A stretch of 22,830 bases of DNA from an uncultured Fibrobacterales bacterium (GCA_963934255.1 CAWVXU010000040.1:1-22830), one strand, 5' to 3'. Counted from the first letter of the stretch, positions 10,970-19,536 are shown. Notes: generated by a model not told the origin, from the letters alone. Program-made: numbers and translations.

Positions 10970-12322
10970 CTATTTGAGGCGAAGCTGTGCCCATTGATTA
11001 ATAATCAATGCTGTCAACTGAGTAGAAGGGAGTGTCCAAATCTTACCGTGTTCCTGGACAACGACGAGAATAATTTTATTTTTTGGGTTTTTCTTGTCTT
11101 GAGCGTATCCAGCGAACCATTCAACTCGGTTTTCTAGCCCACCCCCTATAGTCCCAGTTTTACCTCCAATATTTAAACGTTTTTTGTGGTAACTATAGAT
11201 GTTCTTTTTCATAGCACGCTTTGCGGTTCCAGATTCTATTGTGGCATCCATCATTTTCTTTATCCCCAAATAAGTATTTGGTTTTAATTTGGGGTTGGGA
11301 AGTGATAAAGCTTTTGTTGGTACATACTTGGTAGGAATTTTATCTGACCATGGAATCTGTAATGGACGAGAATGGGCTAAGGATCTAAATATTGCACCAA
11401 TATGTAATGGACTTACTTTGGTTGTTTGGATAAATCCACTAGCTACTTCTGCTAATTCATAACCGCTCACCGGTGGGTTATAGCTACTAGGTTTTGGGAC
11501 GTTACCCGGGAAGTTTTGATTCATACCGAGTTTGGAACCCATTGATTTTAAAATATTCCCACCTAAGTCTTGACCAATCATACCAAAAATTGGGTTATAT
11601 GATTTGGCATAGGCTTTTTGCATAGACACATGTGGACCTTTGTAATTCTTTGGCCGTTTGAGCTGACTTTTATAGAGCTTAGTTGGGTTACCAATTTTAG
11701 GAAATTTGCTGTGATTAGAATACCGATTATATTCTAATGCAGCGGCTGCTGTAATCGTTTTTGCAAGTGAAGCAGCAGGGAAGCGGGGGCTACTCAACCA
11801 AAAGGGTTCATCTTGAGTTTTTCCATCACTTCTTTGTCCCCAACTAAGGATTTCATTACTTCCTGCTTCGATGACTAATACAAAAGCTCCTTGGGGCTTA
11901 TATCGGTTCAAAAATGTATTTATGTGGCGCCCTAAAAGAGCATCCTTTTGATATTGTTGGCCTTGGTATTTAGTTGAAGTTTTAGCTGTACTACTATCTG
12001 GTGCAGGTGATTGGTTTTTTACCATATCCTTTGCTAAGGACTCTTCAACTTGATTTCGAGATATACTTGAGTCAATCTTTGCTTGAGATTCTTTGGGATC
12101 AATGTCTAACTTATCTTGAACCAAAGCAGGTGAGTTGGAAGCCACAACTTCATGGCCTGGGGTATTTTTCGCCTTCTTTTTCTCACTTATGTCAACTTGA
12201 TCGCCCTCTTTTTTTATTTGTGTCCCAAAGATCCATATGAGAATACCGAGAATTATAAATCTCAAAATAGGGATTTTTCGTTTTGGTTGATTGAAGTGAT
12301 TATATCGAGGGCTATGATTCAT
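10970..12322 (-). CDS. Penicillin-binding protein, membrane-anchored transpeptidase domain
   Basis: N-terminal TM helix (ILRFIILGILIWIFG), polar linker, then SxxK (ASLAK), SxN (KSYN) and KTG (GKTGT) motifs and WFAGY. Confidence 0.88.
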   Translation of the reverse strand: MNHSPRYNHFNQPKRKIPILRFIILGILIWIFGTQIKKEGDQVDISEKKKAKNTPGHEVVASNSPALVQDKLDIDPKESQAKIDSSISRNQVEESLAKDMVKNQSPAPDSSTAKTSTKYQGQQYQKDALLGRHINTFLNRYKPQGAFVLVIEAGSNEILSWGQRSDGKTQDEPFWLSSPRFPAASLAKTITAAAALEYNRYSNHSKFPKIGNPTKLYKSQLKRPKNYKGPHVSMQKAYAKSYNPIFGMIGQDLGGNILKSMGSKLGMNQNFPGNVPKPSSYNPPVSGYELAEVASGFIQTTKVSPLHIGAIFRSLAHSRPLQIPWSDKIPTKYVPTKALSLPNPKLKPNTYLGIKKMMDATIESGTAKRAMKKNIYSYHKKRLNIGGKTGTIGGGLENRVEWFAGYAQDKKNPKNKIILVVVQEHGKIWTLPSTQLTALIINQWAQLRLK

Positions 12323-12867
12323 TAACGGACTTTAAAGATGTGTTCTTGAAAGTATTTAAGTTCATCAATACTTTCAATGATATCATCGAGAGCCTGATGC
12401 TTCTCAAGTTTATTAAAGGCAGGTAATTCAGGATACCAACGCTTAGCAATCTCTTTAATTGAGGTCACATCAATATTTCTGTAATGTAAATACTCAGAGA
12501 TCTGAGGCATATATTTGTACAAGAATCGACGATCTTGCCCGATAGAGTTACCACAGAGAGGGTTTTTGCCTTCCATCGTCCATTTTTTAATAAAGTCAAG
12601 AGTCGCTTTATCGGCTTCTTCCATCGAGACAGAGTCATTTAATACCTTAGCCCATAGTCCTGAAGCTGTATGGTGCGTTGTATTCCATTCGTCCATAGAT
12701 TCCAATAATTTTAGGCTTTGTTTGATAGCTAAATTTGGACCTTTTTCTAGTATATTAAGATTTTTGTCAGTCACAATTGTTGCGATTTCTATGATGGTAT
12801 TGTGTTCAGGGTCTAATCCACTCATTTCGAGGTCGATCCAGACAAGATTTTCTTCATTTTGTTGCAT
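12322..12867 (-). CDS. orn: Oligoribonuclease
   Basis: LVWIDLEMSGLDP, IIEIATIVTD, MDEWN, LCGNSIGQDRRFL, HYRNIDV and HQALDDIIESIDEL (DEDDh). Stop overlaps the PBP start (TAATG). Confidence 0.96.
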   Translation of the reverse strand: MQQNEENLVWIDLEMSGLDPEHNTIIEIATIVTDKNLNILEKGPNLAIKQSLKLLESMDEWNTTHHTASGLWAKVLNDSVSMEEADKATLDFIKKWTMEGKNPLCGNSIGQDRRFLYKYMPQISEYLHYRNIDVTSIKEIAKRWYPELPAFNKLEKHQALDDIIESIDELKYFQEHIFKVR

Positions 12868-12903
12868 TTAAACTCAGTTTTCCTGGTTATGGGGTACTTT
12901 AAG

Positions 12904-12931
12904 TTACATAAAATTAATAAATTTTATGTAA
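12904..12931. promoter_or_regulatory. Perfect 12-bp inverted repeat in the orn/fabF divergent intergenic region (candidate operator)
   Basis: TTACATAAAATT-aata-AATTTTATGTAA; function inferred from position only. Confidence 0.55.
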
Positions 12932-12966
12932 TAGTAATTTTAACTAATCATCCTTAGGAAATCTTA

Positions 12967-14190
12967 ATGGAAAATGTAGTTGTAACTGGAATGGGTGTCG
13001 TTTCTCCTTTAGGGAATTCACCCGATGAATTGTGGAACAATCTTTTAGCTGGTAAATCTGGTATAACTCAAATCGAACGATTTGACACCGAAAAATATAC
13101 TGTTAAGTTCGCCGGTGAAGTAAAAGATTTTGAAAACCCTTATTTCGATGCGCGTGATATGAAGCGCACTGCTCGAAATATTCAGTATCAGGTATACTCT
13201 TCCCTCGAAGCTGTCAAAATGGCCGGACTTGAGGGTGCTGATATTGACAAAAAGCGTGCGGGTGTAATTGTAGGTTCTGGTATGGGTGGGATGGAAATTT
13301 TCACTGAAAGTGCTATTAACCTTGAAAACAAAGGCCCACGTCGTGTAAGTCCATTCTTTGTGCCAATGGCTATTGGTAATATGGCTGCTGGTGAAGTTTC
13401 AATTCGTCTAGGTTATATGGGCCCAAACTGGGCAGTAACTTCGGCATGTGCTACTTCTAATCACTCATTCATGGCTGCTGCTGACCAAATCAAACTTGGT
13501 AATGCTGACGTCATGATTGCTGGCGGCTCAGAAGAGTCTGTATGTCGCATCGGTGTTGCAGGTTTTGCTTCTATGAAAGCACTATCAACACGAAACGACA
13601 ACCCACAGGCGGCAAGCCGTCCTTTCGACAAAGGCCGTGATGGATTCGTTATTGGAGAAGGTGCCGCTGCACTAGTATTAGAGTCAGAATCACATGCTAA
13701 GGCTCGTGGCGCTAAGATTCTTGCATATGTATCAGGATATGGTGCTTCAGGCGATGCTTACCACATGTCAGCGCCTCGTGAAGATGGTGCTGGAGTTCAA
13801 CATGCATTAAATACTGCAATCACTCATGCTGGACTTCAAAGGTCTGATATTGGCTATGTCAATACACATGGTACTTCAACACCACTAGGTGACGTTGCTG
13901 AAGCGGGTGCAATTCAAACAGTATTTGGTGTTGATGGAGTTAAGATTAATTCAACCAAATCAATGGTTGGGCACCCATTAGGGGCGGCATCAGGTATTGA
14001 AGCAGTCGTAACTATTCAGTCATTAATCCATCAGAAATTACATCAAACTCTCAACCTTGAAGACCAAGATGAGCGTATCGAACTTGATTGTATCGGTAAA
14101 GGACCAGTAGATATCAAACTTGATTATGCAATGTCAAATTCATTTGGATTTGGTGGACATAACTCAACCATGATATTTGGTAAAGCTTAA
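12967..14190 (+). CDS. fabF: 3-oxoacyl-ACP synthase II
   Basis: VVVTGMGVVSPLG, catalytic Cys (SACATS), His (THGTST), His (GHPLGA), SRPFDKGRDGFVIGEG and SNSFGFGGHN. AGGA RBS. Confidence 0.95.
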   Translation: MENVVVTGMGVVSPLGNSPDELWNNLLAGKSGITQIERFDTEKYTVKFAGEVKDFENPYFDARDMKRTARNIQYQVYSSLEAVKMAGLEGADIDKKRAGVIVGSGMGGMEIFTESAINLENKGPRRVSPFFVPMAIGNMAAGEVSIRLGYMGPNWAVTSACATSNHSFMAAADQIKLGNADVMIAGGSEESVCRIGVAGFASMKALSTRNDNPQAASRPFDKGRDGFVIGEGAAALVLESESHAKARGAKILAYVSGYGASGDAYHMSAPREDGAGVQHALNTAITHAGLQRSDIGYVNTHGTSTPLGDVAEAGAIQTVFGVDGVKINSTKSMVGHPLGAASGIEAVVTIQSLIHQKLHQTLNLEDQDERIELDCIGKGPVDIKLDYAMSNSFGFGGHNSTMIFGKA

Positions 14191-14222
14191 TTCTTTAATT
14201 TCAAGAACGAGAAGTGTTTTTT

Positions 14223-14256
14223 TAAAGGCTCGGTTAATACCGAGCCTTTACTTTTT
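14223..14256 (+). terminator. Intrinsic terminator after fabF
   Basis: TAAAGGCTCGGT-taat-ACCGAGCCTTTA followed by CTTTTT. Confidence 0.85.
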
Positions 14257-14299
14257 CAAAATTTGTGCGGTAAAATACTTTTTCAGTATAATTATGCGC

Positions 14300-14331
14300 A
14301 AAAAAAAGGCCCAAGTAAAACTTAGGCCTTT
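14300..14331 (-). terminator. Intrinsic terminator after citrate synthase
   Basis: Minus strand AAAGGCCTAAGT-ttt-ACTTGGGCC-T8; the stem contains a U-G pair that forms only on this strand. Confidence 0.85.
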
Positions 14332-14355
14332 AACACATTTATTTTAAAACAAGTC

Positions 14356-15513
14356 TTATCTTTTAGGACCAGAATACAAATATTTTGGGCGAATAATAGG
14401 AGTCCCTTTGCCACCGCGAGCTTCTTCTCTTTCGTAAACAATTTGAGCAGCAATACCAACACAGCGTGATAGTCCGAAAAGCACTGTATAATAAGTTTCG
14501 TCAGTAAGACCCTCAGCCGTTAGAAGTGACCCTGATACGGCATCAACATTTGGGAATGGATTAGAAACTTTTTCTTGAGTTGATAAGAATTCAACGCCTA
14601 GTTTACGCATCGAAAGAGCCATCTTGAAAAGCTCGTTATCACCGGCGATTTCTTGACCAAGTTCATATTGAACTGTCGCTCGTGGATCTTCAACGCGCAG
14701 AACTGCATGACCAAAGCCAAATAGTTTATCTTTATTGTCCCATAATTTTTGGATATAAGCACGGATTGCATCTTCATCAGTCGGGTCTTTAACAACAACA
14801 AGAGCGCGCTTTAAGAAGCGTAAACATTCTTGGTTAGCCATTCCATGTAAGGGACCAGCAAGGCCTGACATAGCTCCAATTAGTGAACCATAAATATCTT
14901 CGTGACCAGAAGCTACCGCTTTACCAATGAATGTTGAAAGATTACCACCACCGTGATCAAAATGTAAAATATCAAATACCTTCATCAAGCGAACTAGACC
15001 CGGTTTAGCATCAGGTGAATCTAGCATTTGTACAAAGTTTTCCATGTAACCAAGCTCTGGCTTAGACTGGCGAGGCTCACCCCATCCAGCGCGAATTCTA
15101 TAAATGGCAGCTACCATCTCAGGCATTTGAGCAATAACGCGAATTGCTTCATCTTTATAAGATGTGCCTGGTGCAAACATACCCATAAGGTTTAGACCAG
15201 CAACAAACCACTTCATTGGATGCCCGTCTTTAGGGAGGGCGCGAAGTCCTTCTATTACCCCGAGAGGTAATTTAGAGTGACTGATCAGTTCTTCTTTAAA
15301 TTCACTGAGCTGTGATGGATTTGGAAGCTCACGATTTAAAAGTAAAAATATAATTTCTTCAGGTTCCTTTTCTGAAAGTTCTGAAATAGGGTATCCACCG
15401 TAAAAAAGGCCCTCAACAGGGTCAACTTTTGATGTTGGACAGTAACCAACAGGTACACCTCTTAATCCAGTTTCCAAATGGTCTCTAGTTAGTTCAAAAA
15501 GAACTTCTGACAT
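14356..15513 (-). CDS. gltA: Citrate synthase (eukaryote-type motifs)
   Basis: GLRG, HPM, DHGGGNLS, GLAGPLHGMANQE, FGFGHAVLR and PNVDA motifs carrying the His/His/Asp catalytic residues. GGAG RBS. Confidence 0.92.
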   Translation of the reverse strand: MSEVLFELTRDHLETGLRGVPVGYCPTSKVDPVEGLFYGGYPISELSEKEPEEIIFLLLNRELPNPSQLSEFKEELISHSKLPLGVIEGLRALPKDGHPMKWFVAGLNLMGMFAPGTSYKDEAIRVIAQMPEMVAAIYRIRAGWGEPRQSKPELGYMENFVQMLDSPDAKPGLVRLMKVFDILHFDHGGGNLSTFIGKAVASGHEDIYGSLIGAMSGLAGPLHGMANQECLRFLKRALVVVKDPTDEDAIRAYIQKLWDNKDKLFGFGHAVLRVEDPRATVQYELGQEIAGDNELFKMALSMRKLGVEFLSTQEKVSNPFPNVDAVSGSLLTAEGLTDETYYTVLFGLSRCVGIAAQIVYEREEARGGKGTPIIRPKYLYSGPKR

Positions 15514-15708
15514 AATCTCTCCTAATATTTAAGCATTAGATTCTAAAAACATAAATTTTTTTATTCCAATATAATAACTTAAACCAAGAAATTATGCCTT
15601 GTTGGAGTCTAAATATCAAAAAATACAAAACACTTACAGATAGCACTCAAATCTACTCTGTTTTGTGTCAGTTTAGAAAACTTTTTAGACTAGATGGGGG
15701 AGATGATT

Positions 15709-16989
15709 TTAAGTGAGTATTTCTTTTGATGACGCTCTCGGAGATTTGTCAAATTTATCAAAAACGGCGATGATTTCACGTTCTCTATATCCCATGAGGT
15801 AGAGGATAGCGTCAAGGCCCAATTGCGACATGGACATCTCAGCAGATGCTCTGACGATAGGTTTTGCGTGAAACGCAATGCCAAGTCCAGCTTTTTCTAG
15901 CATAGGTAAATCATTGGCTCCATCACCTACGGCAATTGTTTGATCCATATGAATACCTTCTTTGTCAGCTAGCTCAGTAAGGATCTCAGCTTTTCTTTCA
16001 GCGTTAACGATTTCACCAAGTACTTTACCTGTCAAAACGCCATCAATTATCTCTAAATTATTTGCGTAGACGTAATCAATCCCTAGAACTTCTTTTAAAT
16101 GGTTAGCGAAATACGTAAAGCCACCTGAAATCAAAGCAATTTTATAACCAAATGTTTTTAAAATAGTAATTAACTCTTTGGCACCTTCTGTTATAGGGAG
16201 GTTTCGAGCAATATCAATCATCACATCTTCGGAAAGTCCTTTGAGTAAACCAACACGGCTTTCAAGGCTTTGATTAAAGTCTAATTCACCACGCATCGCA
16301 GCCTGTGTAATACTAATAACGTCATCACCAACTCCAGCACGCTTAGCTAACTCGTCAATGACTTCGGCTTGAATAAGTGTCGAGTCCATATCAAATGCGA
16401 CTAAACGTCGGTTGCGTCTGAAGACATTATCAATCTGTATCGCAATATCTACATCATCTATCGTGCTTATTTCAAGAAATTCACGACGCACTTTGTCTAG
16501 GTCACTTGTCGTGCCAGAAACGGTAATCTCTATGCATGATTTAGTGATGGCGTTGGGCTCCAAAACAAGTGGAACTCGATTTGATAACCGATATAGAAAT
16601 ACAATGTTTAAATGATTTTCGGCACAGATCTTGGTAATCTTGTGAATATGCTTAGCTAAAATTTTACGACCCAAGACTGATATAATAAAACGTCCACCAT
16701 GTTGAGACTCAACCCAGCTTGAGTACTCCTCGGAAGTCAATGGATTAAAGTGAAGCTCTAATTTCATTTCGTGCGCTTTAAATAGAAGTTCCTTTAAAAC
16801 TGAATCAGCTCCGACATCTTCAGACATTCTGATAATCAGGCTTAATGTTAATATTTGGTGTATCACAGATTGTGACATATCAAGAATTTCAATATTGTGG
16901 TCTTGTAGGATCTCAGTAAGAGACGAAGTAACGCCTGGTTGGTCAAATCCGTTAACTGTAACGATAATGGTATTAGAATTATTTAACAT
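15709..16989 (-). CDS. serB: Phosphoserine phosphatase with N-terminal ACT domains
   Basis: N-terminal ACT region (VNGFDQPGVT), HAD motif FDMDST, AMRGELDF, SGGF and GDGANDLPML. Confidence 0.95.
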   Translation of the reverse strand: MLNNSNTIIVTVNGFDQPGVTSSLTEILQDHNIEILDMSQSVIHQILTLSLIIRMSEDVGADSVLKELLFKAHEMKLELHFNPLTSEEYSSWVESQHGGRFIISVLGRKILAKHIHKITKICAENHLNIVFLYRLSNRVPLVLEPNAITKSCIEITVSGTTSDLDKVRREFLEISTIDDVDIAIQIDNVFRRNRRLVAFDMDSTLIQAEVIDELAKRAGVGDDVISITQAAMRGELDFNQSLESRVGLLKGLSEDVMIDIARNLPITEGAKELITILKTFGYKIALISGGFTYFANHLKEVLGIDYVYANNLEIIDGVLTGKVLGEIVNAERKAEILTELADKEGIHMDQTIAVGDGANDLPMLEKAGLGIAFHAKPIVRASAEMSMSQLGLDAILYLMGYREREIIAVFDKFDKSPRASSKEILT

Positions 16990-17046
16990 TTAAAATCCGG
17001 TGAAAACATATGATTTGGTCTAAAATAACAAATATTTTCAAATTTG

Positions 17047-17079
17047 ACTCTTGAACAACTCTTGAACAACTATTGAACA
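17047..17079. repeat. Three tandem 11-bp direct repeats in the serB/fibro-slime divergent intergenic region
   Basis: ACTCTTGAACA (17047-57), ACTCTTGAACA (17058-68), ACTATTGAACA (17069-79). Confidence 0.9.
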
Positions 17080-17203
17080 AAAATTTGTCTTTTATCCTTC
17101 ATTATCAAAATTTTATGTAAAAATCAACAATAAAGTGCTTACTTTCTAAAAAGATAAATTAGTTTAAGAGCAAAATGCGCTTTTACCAACCCTAGGTACT
17201 TAT

Positions 17204-19399
17204 ATGAGAAAAATTATTTTTCCGTTTTTAACGGTTCTTATGGCTTCTTTGTCATTTGCCCAAGATTCTATATTTATCGATATAATGGTTCGAGATTTCC
17301 CATCAGGCCATCCCGATTTTGAGAATTTTAATTCCAAAAAGCCCCCAGCAGAAACTACAATTGAAGATTGTGGTTCCTTATTACAGCCCGAATTGGTTGA
17401 TCAAGCGGTTCGTGATGGATACTTAGCAACTTTAGATGCAACAATTGGAATTCCATCATGGGGGGGGAATCCGCCAACAACGGATTCAAGAGATATTTAT
17501 CCAACATTTGGCATGGTAGCTTTAACCTTAAGTGATGACGGCAAGCCAATGAAAGCTCGTCAGGCATGCGATAATACCTACCTAAACGATTGGTTCTCAA
17601 GTAATCAAACTGCTTTAACACCAGGTGGAGTGCCCTTTACCGTTTTTGAGGTTCCCGACGTGATTGGATTATCACTAGTTGAGGGTACTTCAAACACGTA
17701 TGAAGCAAAATTTTTATATCAAGATGACAATGGCTACTTCCCCTTAGATAAACACGCGAGTTTAGCGCCAAACGACGGTATCTCGCCTTTGGATCCAAGT
17801 ATTATTACTTGGGGCAAACAAAATGATGGTTCTTGGTGTAATAGCCGTCTTATAGACTCTTGCACGCCTATTTCAGATAATAATTCTGGAATCGTGAATC
17901 CATATGCCACAGGTGCAAAGGCTCACAACTACGGATATACAGTTCAAGGTAAAATGGAATTTTCATACCGAGGGCAGGGAGCCAATGAAATCTTTACCTT
18001 CCAAGGTGATGATGATATGTGGATTTTTATCGACGGAATCTTAGAAGTTGATTTGGGTGGAACCCATTTAGCTACAACCCAGACTATTGATTTAGGTGTG
18101 CTTGCAGCAAAACATAACTGGTCCTTAAATTCAACACATACCATGGATTTCTTTTATGCAGAACGTCAAACTGACGGCGCCAATTTAATTCTTACAGTGA
18201 CTTTAAACGATATAGTTCCATCTAAAAACCGTTCTCCTTACATTACTCGCATGGAGAAGGTTATAGGAACAGACGATTATTATATTTTCATGAATGTTAA
18301 CCTTCATGAAAACACTATTGCACAGGCCTCATCTATCCAAAATATGTTTTCTGTATTAACTCTACAAGGAGATCAGATTGGTAGCTCATTTACTATCAAG
18401 TCAATTGAATCAATTGATGTTGAAGCTGACGAGAGAAAATATGGGGTTAAATATAAAGTCACATTTAATAATGATGGTGTTACAAGTTTAAATGGCCCTG
18501 AAGTTGAGCACACTGTTTCCTTTAATACAACCGAGGGCATTCCTTTTCCAAGTGAAGGTATTCCGGCATATGCTGGCTCGTCTATTGCAATTATGGGATC
18601 AAACGACCTAGTAGTTGATAAACATGTTTATCAATCTGTTGTAGGGATTCAATCTTCTACAGGTAGTAATGAGACTCTTGAACCGGATGATAAGGTTGTA
18701 TATGAGCCTTACGATATTGATAAATTAACCGAAATTTATCCAGATGAAATCCCAAAGGACGAGGGCGTTGATCTTAAGAATACTGTGATTCAATTACCAG
18801 ATGGCCTCTTCGGACAACAAGTCAATACTGAAAATTTACAAACCTATCTGGCTGAACAAATAGCTACTGGCACTGGCAATCCTACGGTTAACTTAACAGG
18901 TTCAACCGCAGTTCCTTCGGCCTCAATTTGTGGTGTCGGTGATTGTGCTGGCTTTGAGGTTATTGTCAATGGACCCTATATTATGAATTTTCAAATTTAT
19001 GATCATTTAGGTCAATTTATTAGAAATTATCAAAAAGCGGTGGGTGCCGAGGAAATGGCAAGGCTATACGGAACTGATTGGACTGATAATTGTGTAAATG
19101 GGGAAGGAGCCGTTGTAGCCGGAGATGCATTATCATTGTCGTCAGATTGTAAGCCTGTAATTGCAAATCCCTACATCTTAGTTAGACCGGAAATACCACC
19201 TGTCGATCAAACAGGGCGCTTAATCGGAAATGGCCCAATTTTAATTCAATTAGATTTAATTGAATTCCCACCAATTGCATGTTGGACAAAAAATGATGTT
19301 GGTGATGCATACTGTCCTGATAATTTCAAGCCTGCTCGTACAGTGAAAATTCTAAAATATGGTTACTTCAGAAATAATGGAGACATTGTAGTTCCATAG
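17204..19399 (+). CDS. Secreted fibro-slime domain (PA14-like) protein
   Basis: Signal peptide MRKIIFPFLTVLMASLSFA/Q; N-terminal VRDF...HPDFE; core HNYGYT...FTFQGDDDMWIFIDG..VDLGGTH...FFYAERQTDGAN; C-terminal IYDHLGQFI...DQTGRLIGNG domain. Confidence 0.9.
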   Translation: MRKIIFPFLTVLMASLSFAQDSIFIDIMVRDFPSGHPDFENFNSKKPPAETTIEDCGSLLQPELVDQAVRDGYLATLDATIGIPSWGGNPPTTDSRDIYPTFGMVALTLSDDGKPMKARQACDNTYLNDWFSSNQTALTPGGVPFTVFEVPDVIGLSLVEGTSNTYEAKFLYQDDNGYFPLDKHASLAPNDGISPLDPSIITWGKQNDGSWCNSRLIDSCTPISDNNSGIVNPYATGAKAHNYGYTVQGKMEFSYRGQGANEIFTFQGDDDMWIFIDGILEVDLGGTHLATTQTIDLGVLAAKHNWSLNSTHTMDFFYAERQTDGANLILTVTLNDIVPSKNRSPYITRMEKVIGTDDYYIFMNVNLHENTIAQASSIQNMFSVLTLQGDQIGSSFTIKSIESIDVEADERKYGVKYKVTFNNDGVTSLNGPEVEHTVSFNTTEGIPFPSEGIPAYAGSSIAIMGSNDLVVDKHVYQSVVGIQSSTGSNETLEPDDKVVYEPYDIDKLTEIYPDEIPKDEGVDLKNTVIQLPDGLFGQQVNTENLQTYLAEQIATGTGNPTVNLTGSTAVPSASICGVGDCAGFEVIVNGPYIMNFQIYDHLGQFIRNYQKAVGAEEMARLYGTDWTDNCVNGEGAVVAGDALSLSSDCKPVIANPYILVRPEIPPVDQTGRLIGNGPILIQLDLIEFPPIACWTKNDVGDAYCPDNFKPARTVKILKYGYFRNNGDIVVP

Positions 19400-19416
19400 A
19401 TTTTAAATCAATTATG

Positions 19417-19451
19417 AAAAAAAAGCTTATCCTTAGATAAGCTTTTTTTTT
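19417..19451. terminator. Bidirectional intrinsic terminator between the fibro-slime gene and the convergent orphan ORF
   Basis: A8-GCTTATC-ctta-GATAAGC-T9 perfect hairpin. Confidence 0.9.
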
Positions 19452-19536
19452 GCGCGTTAAATAACACTAAGATTAAAGATCTAAGTATATACCCATAGAG
19501 CTTTAATTTAATTATGACTATTTAATTTCTAATAAA

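Noticed and set aside
12515..12871. 118-aa antisense ORF over orn, and similar 60-115 aa ORFs inside other genes
   Set aside because: They lie within well-supported genes and show no motifs of their own.
14296..14307. T8-GCGC following two terminators (also at about 19444-19455)
   Set aside because: Only 4 informative bases beyond the U-tract; likely chance.
17047..17079. Repeats read as a CRISPR array or plasmid iterons
   Set aside because: No spacers, units too short, and no cas or rep gene nearby.
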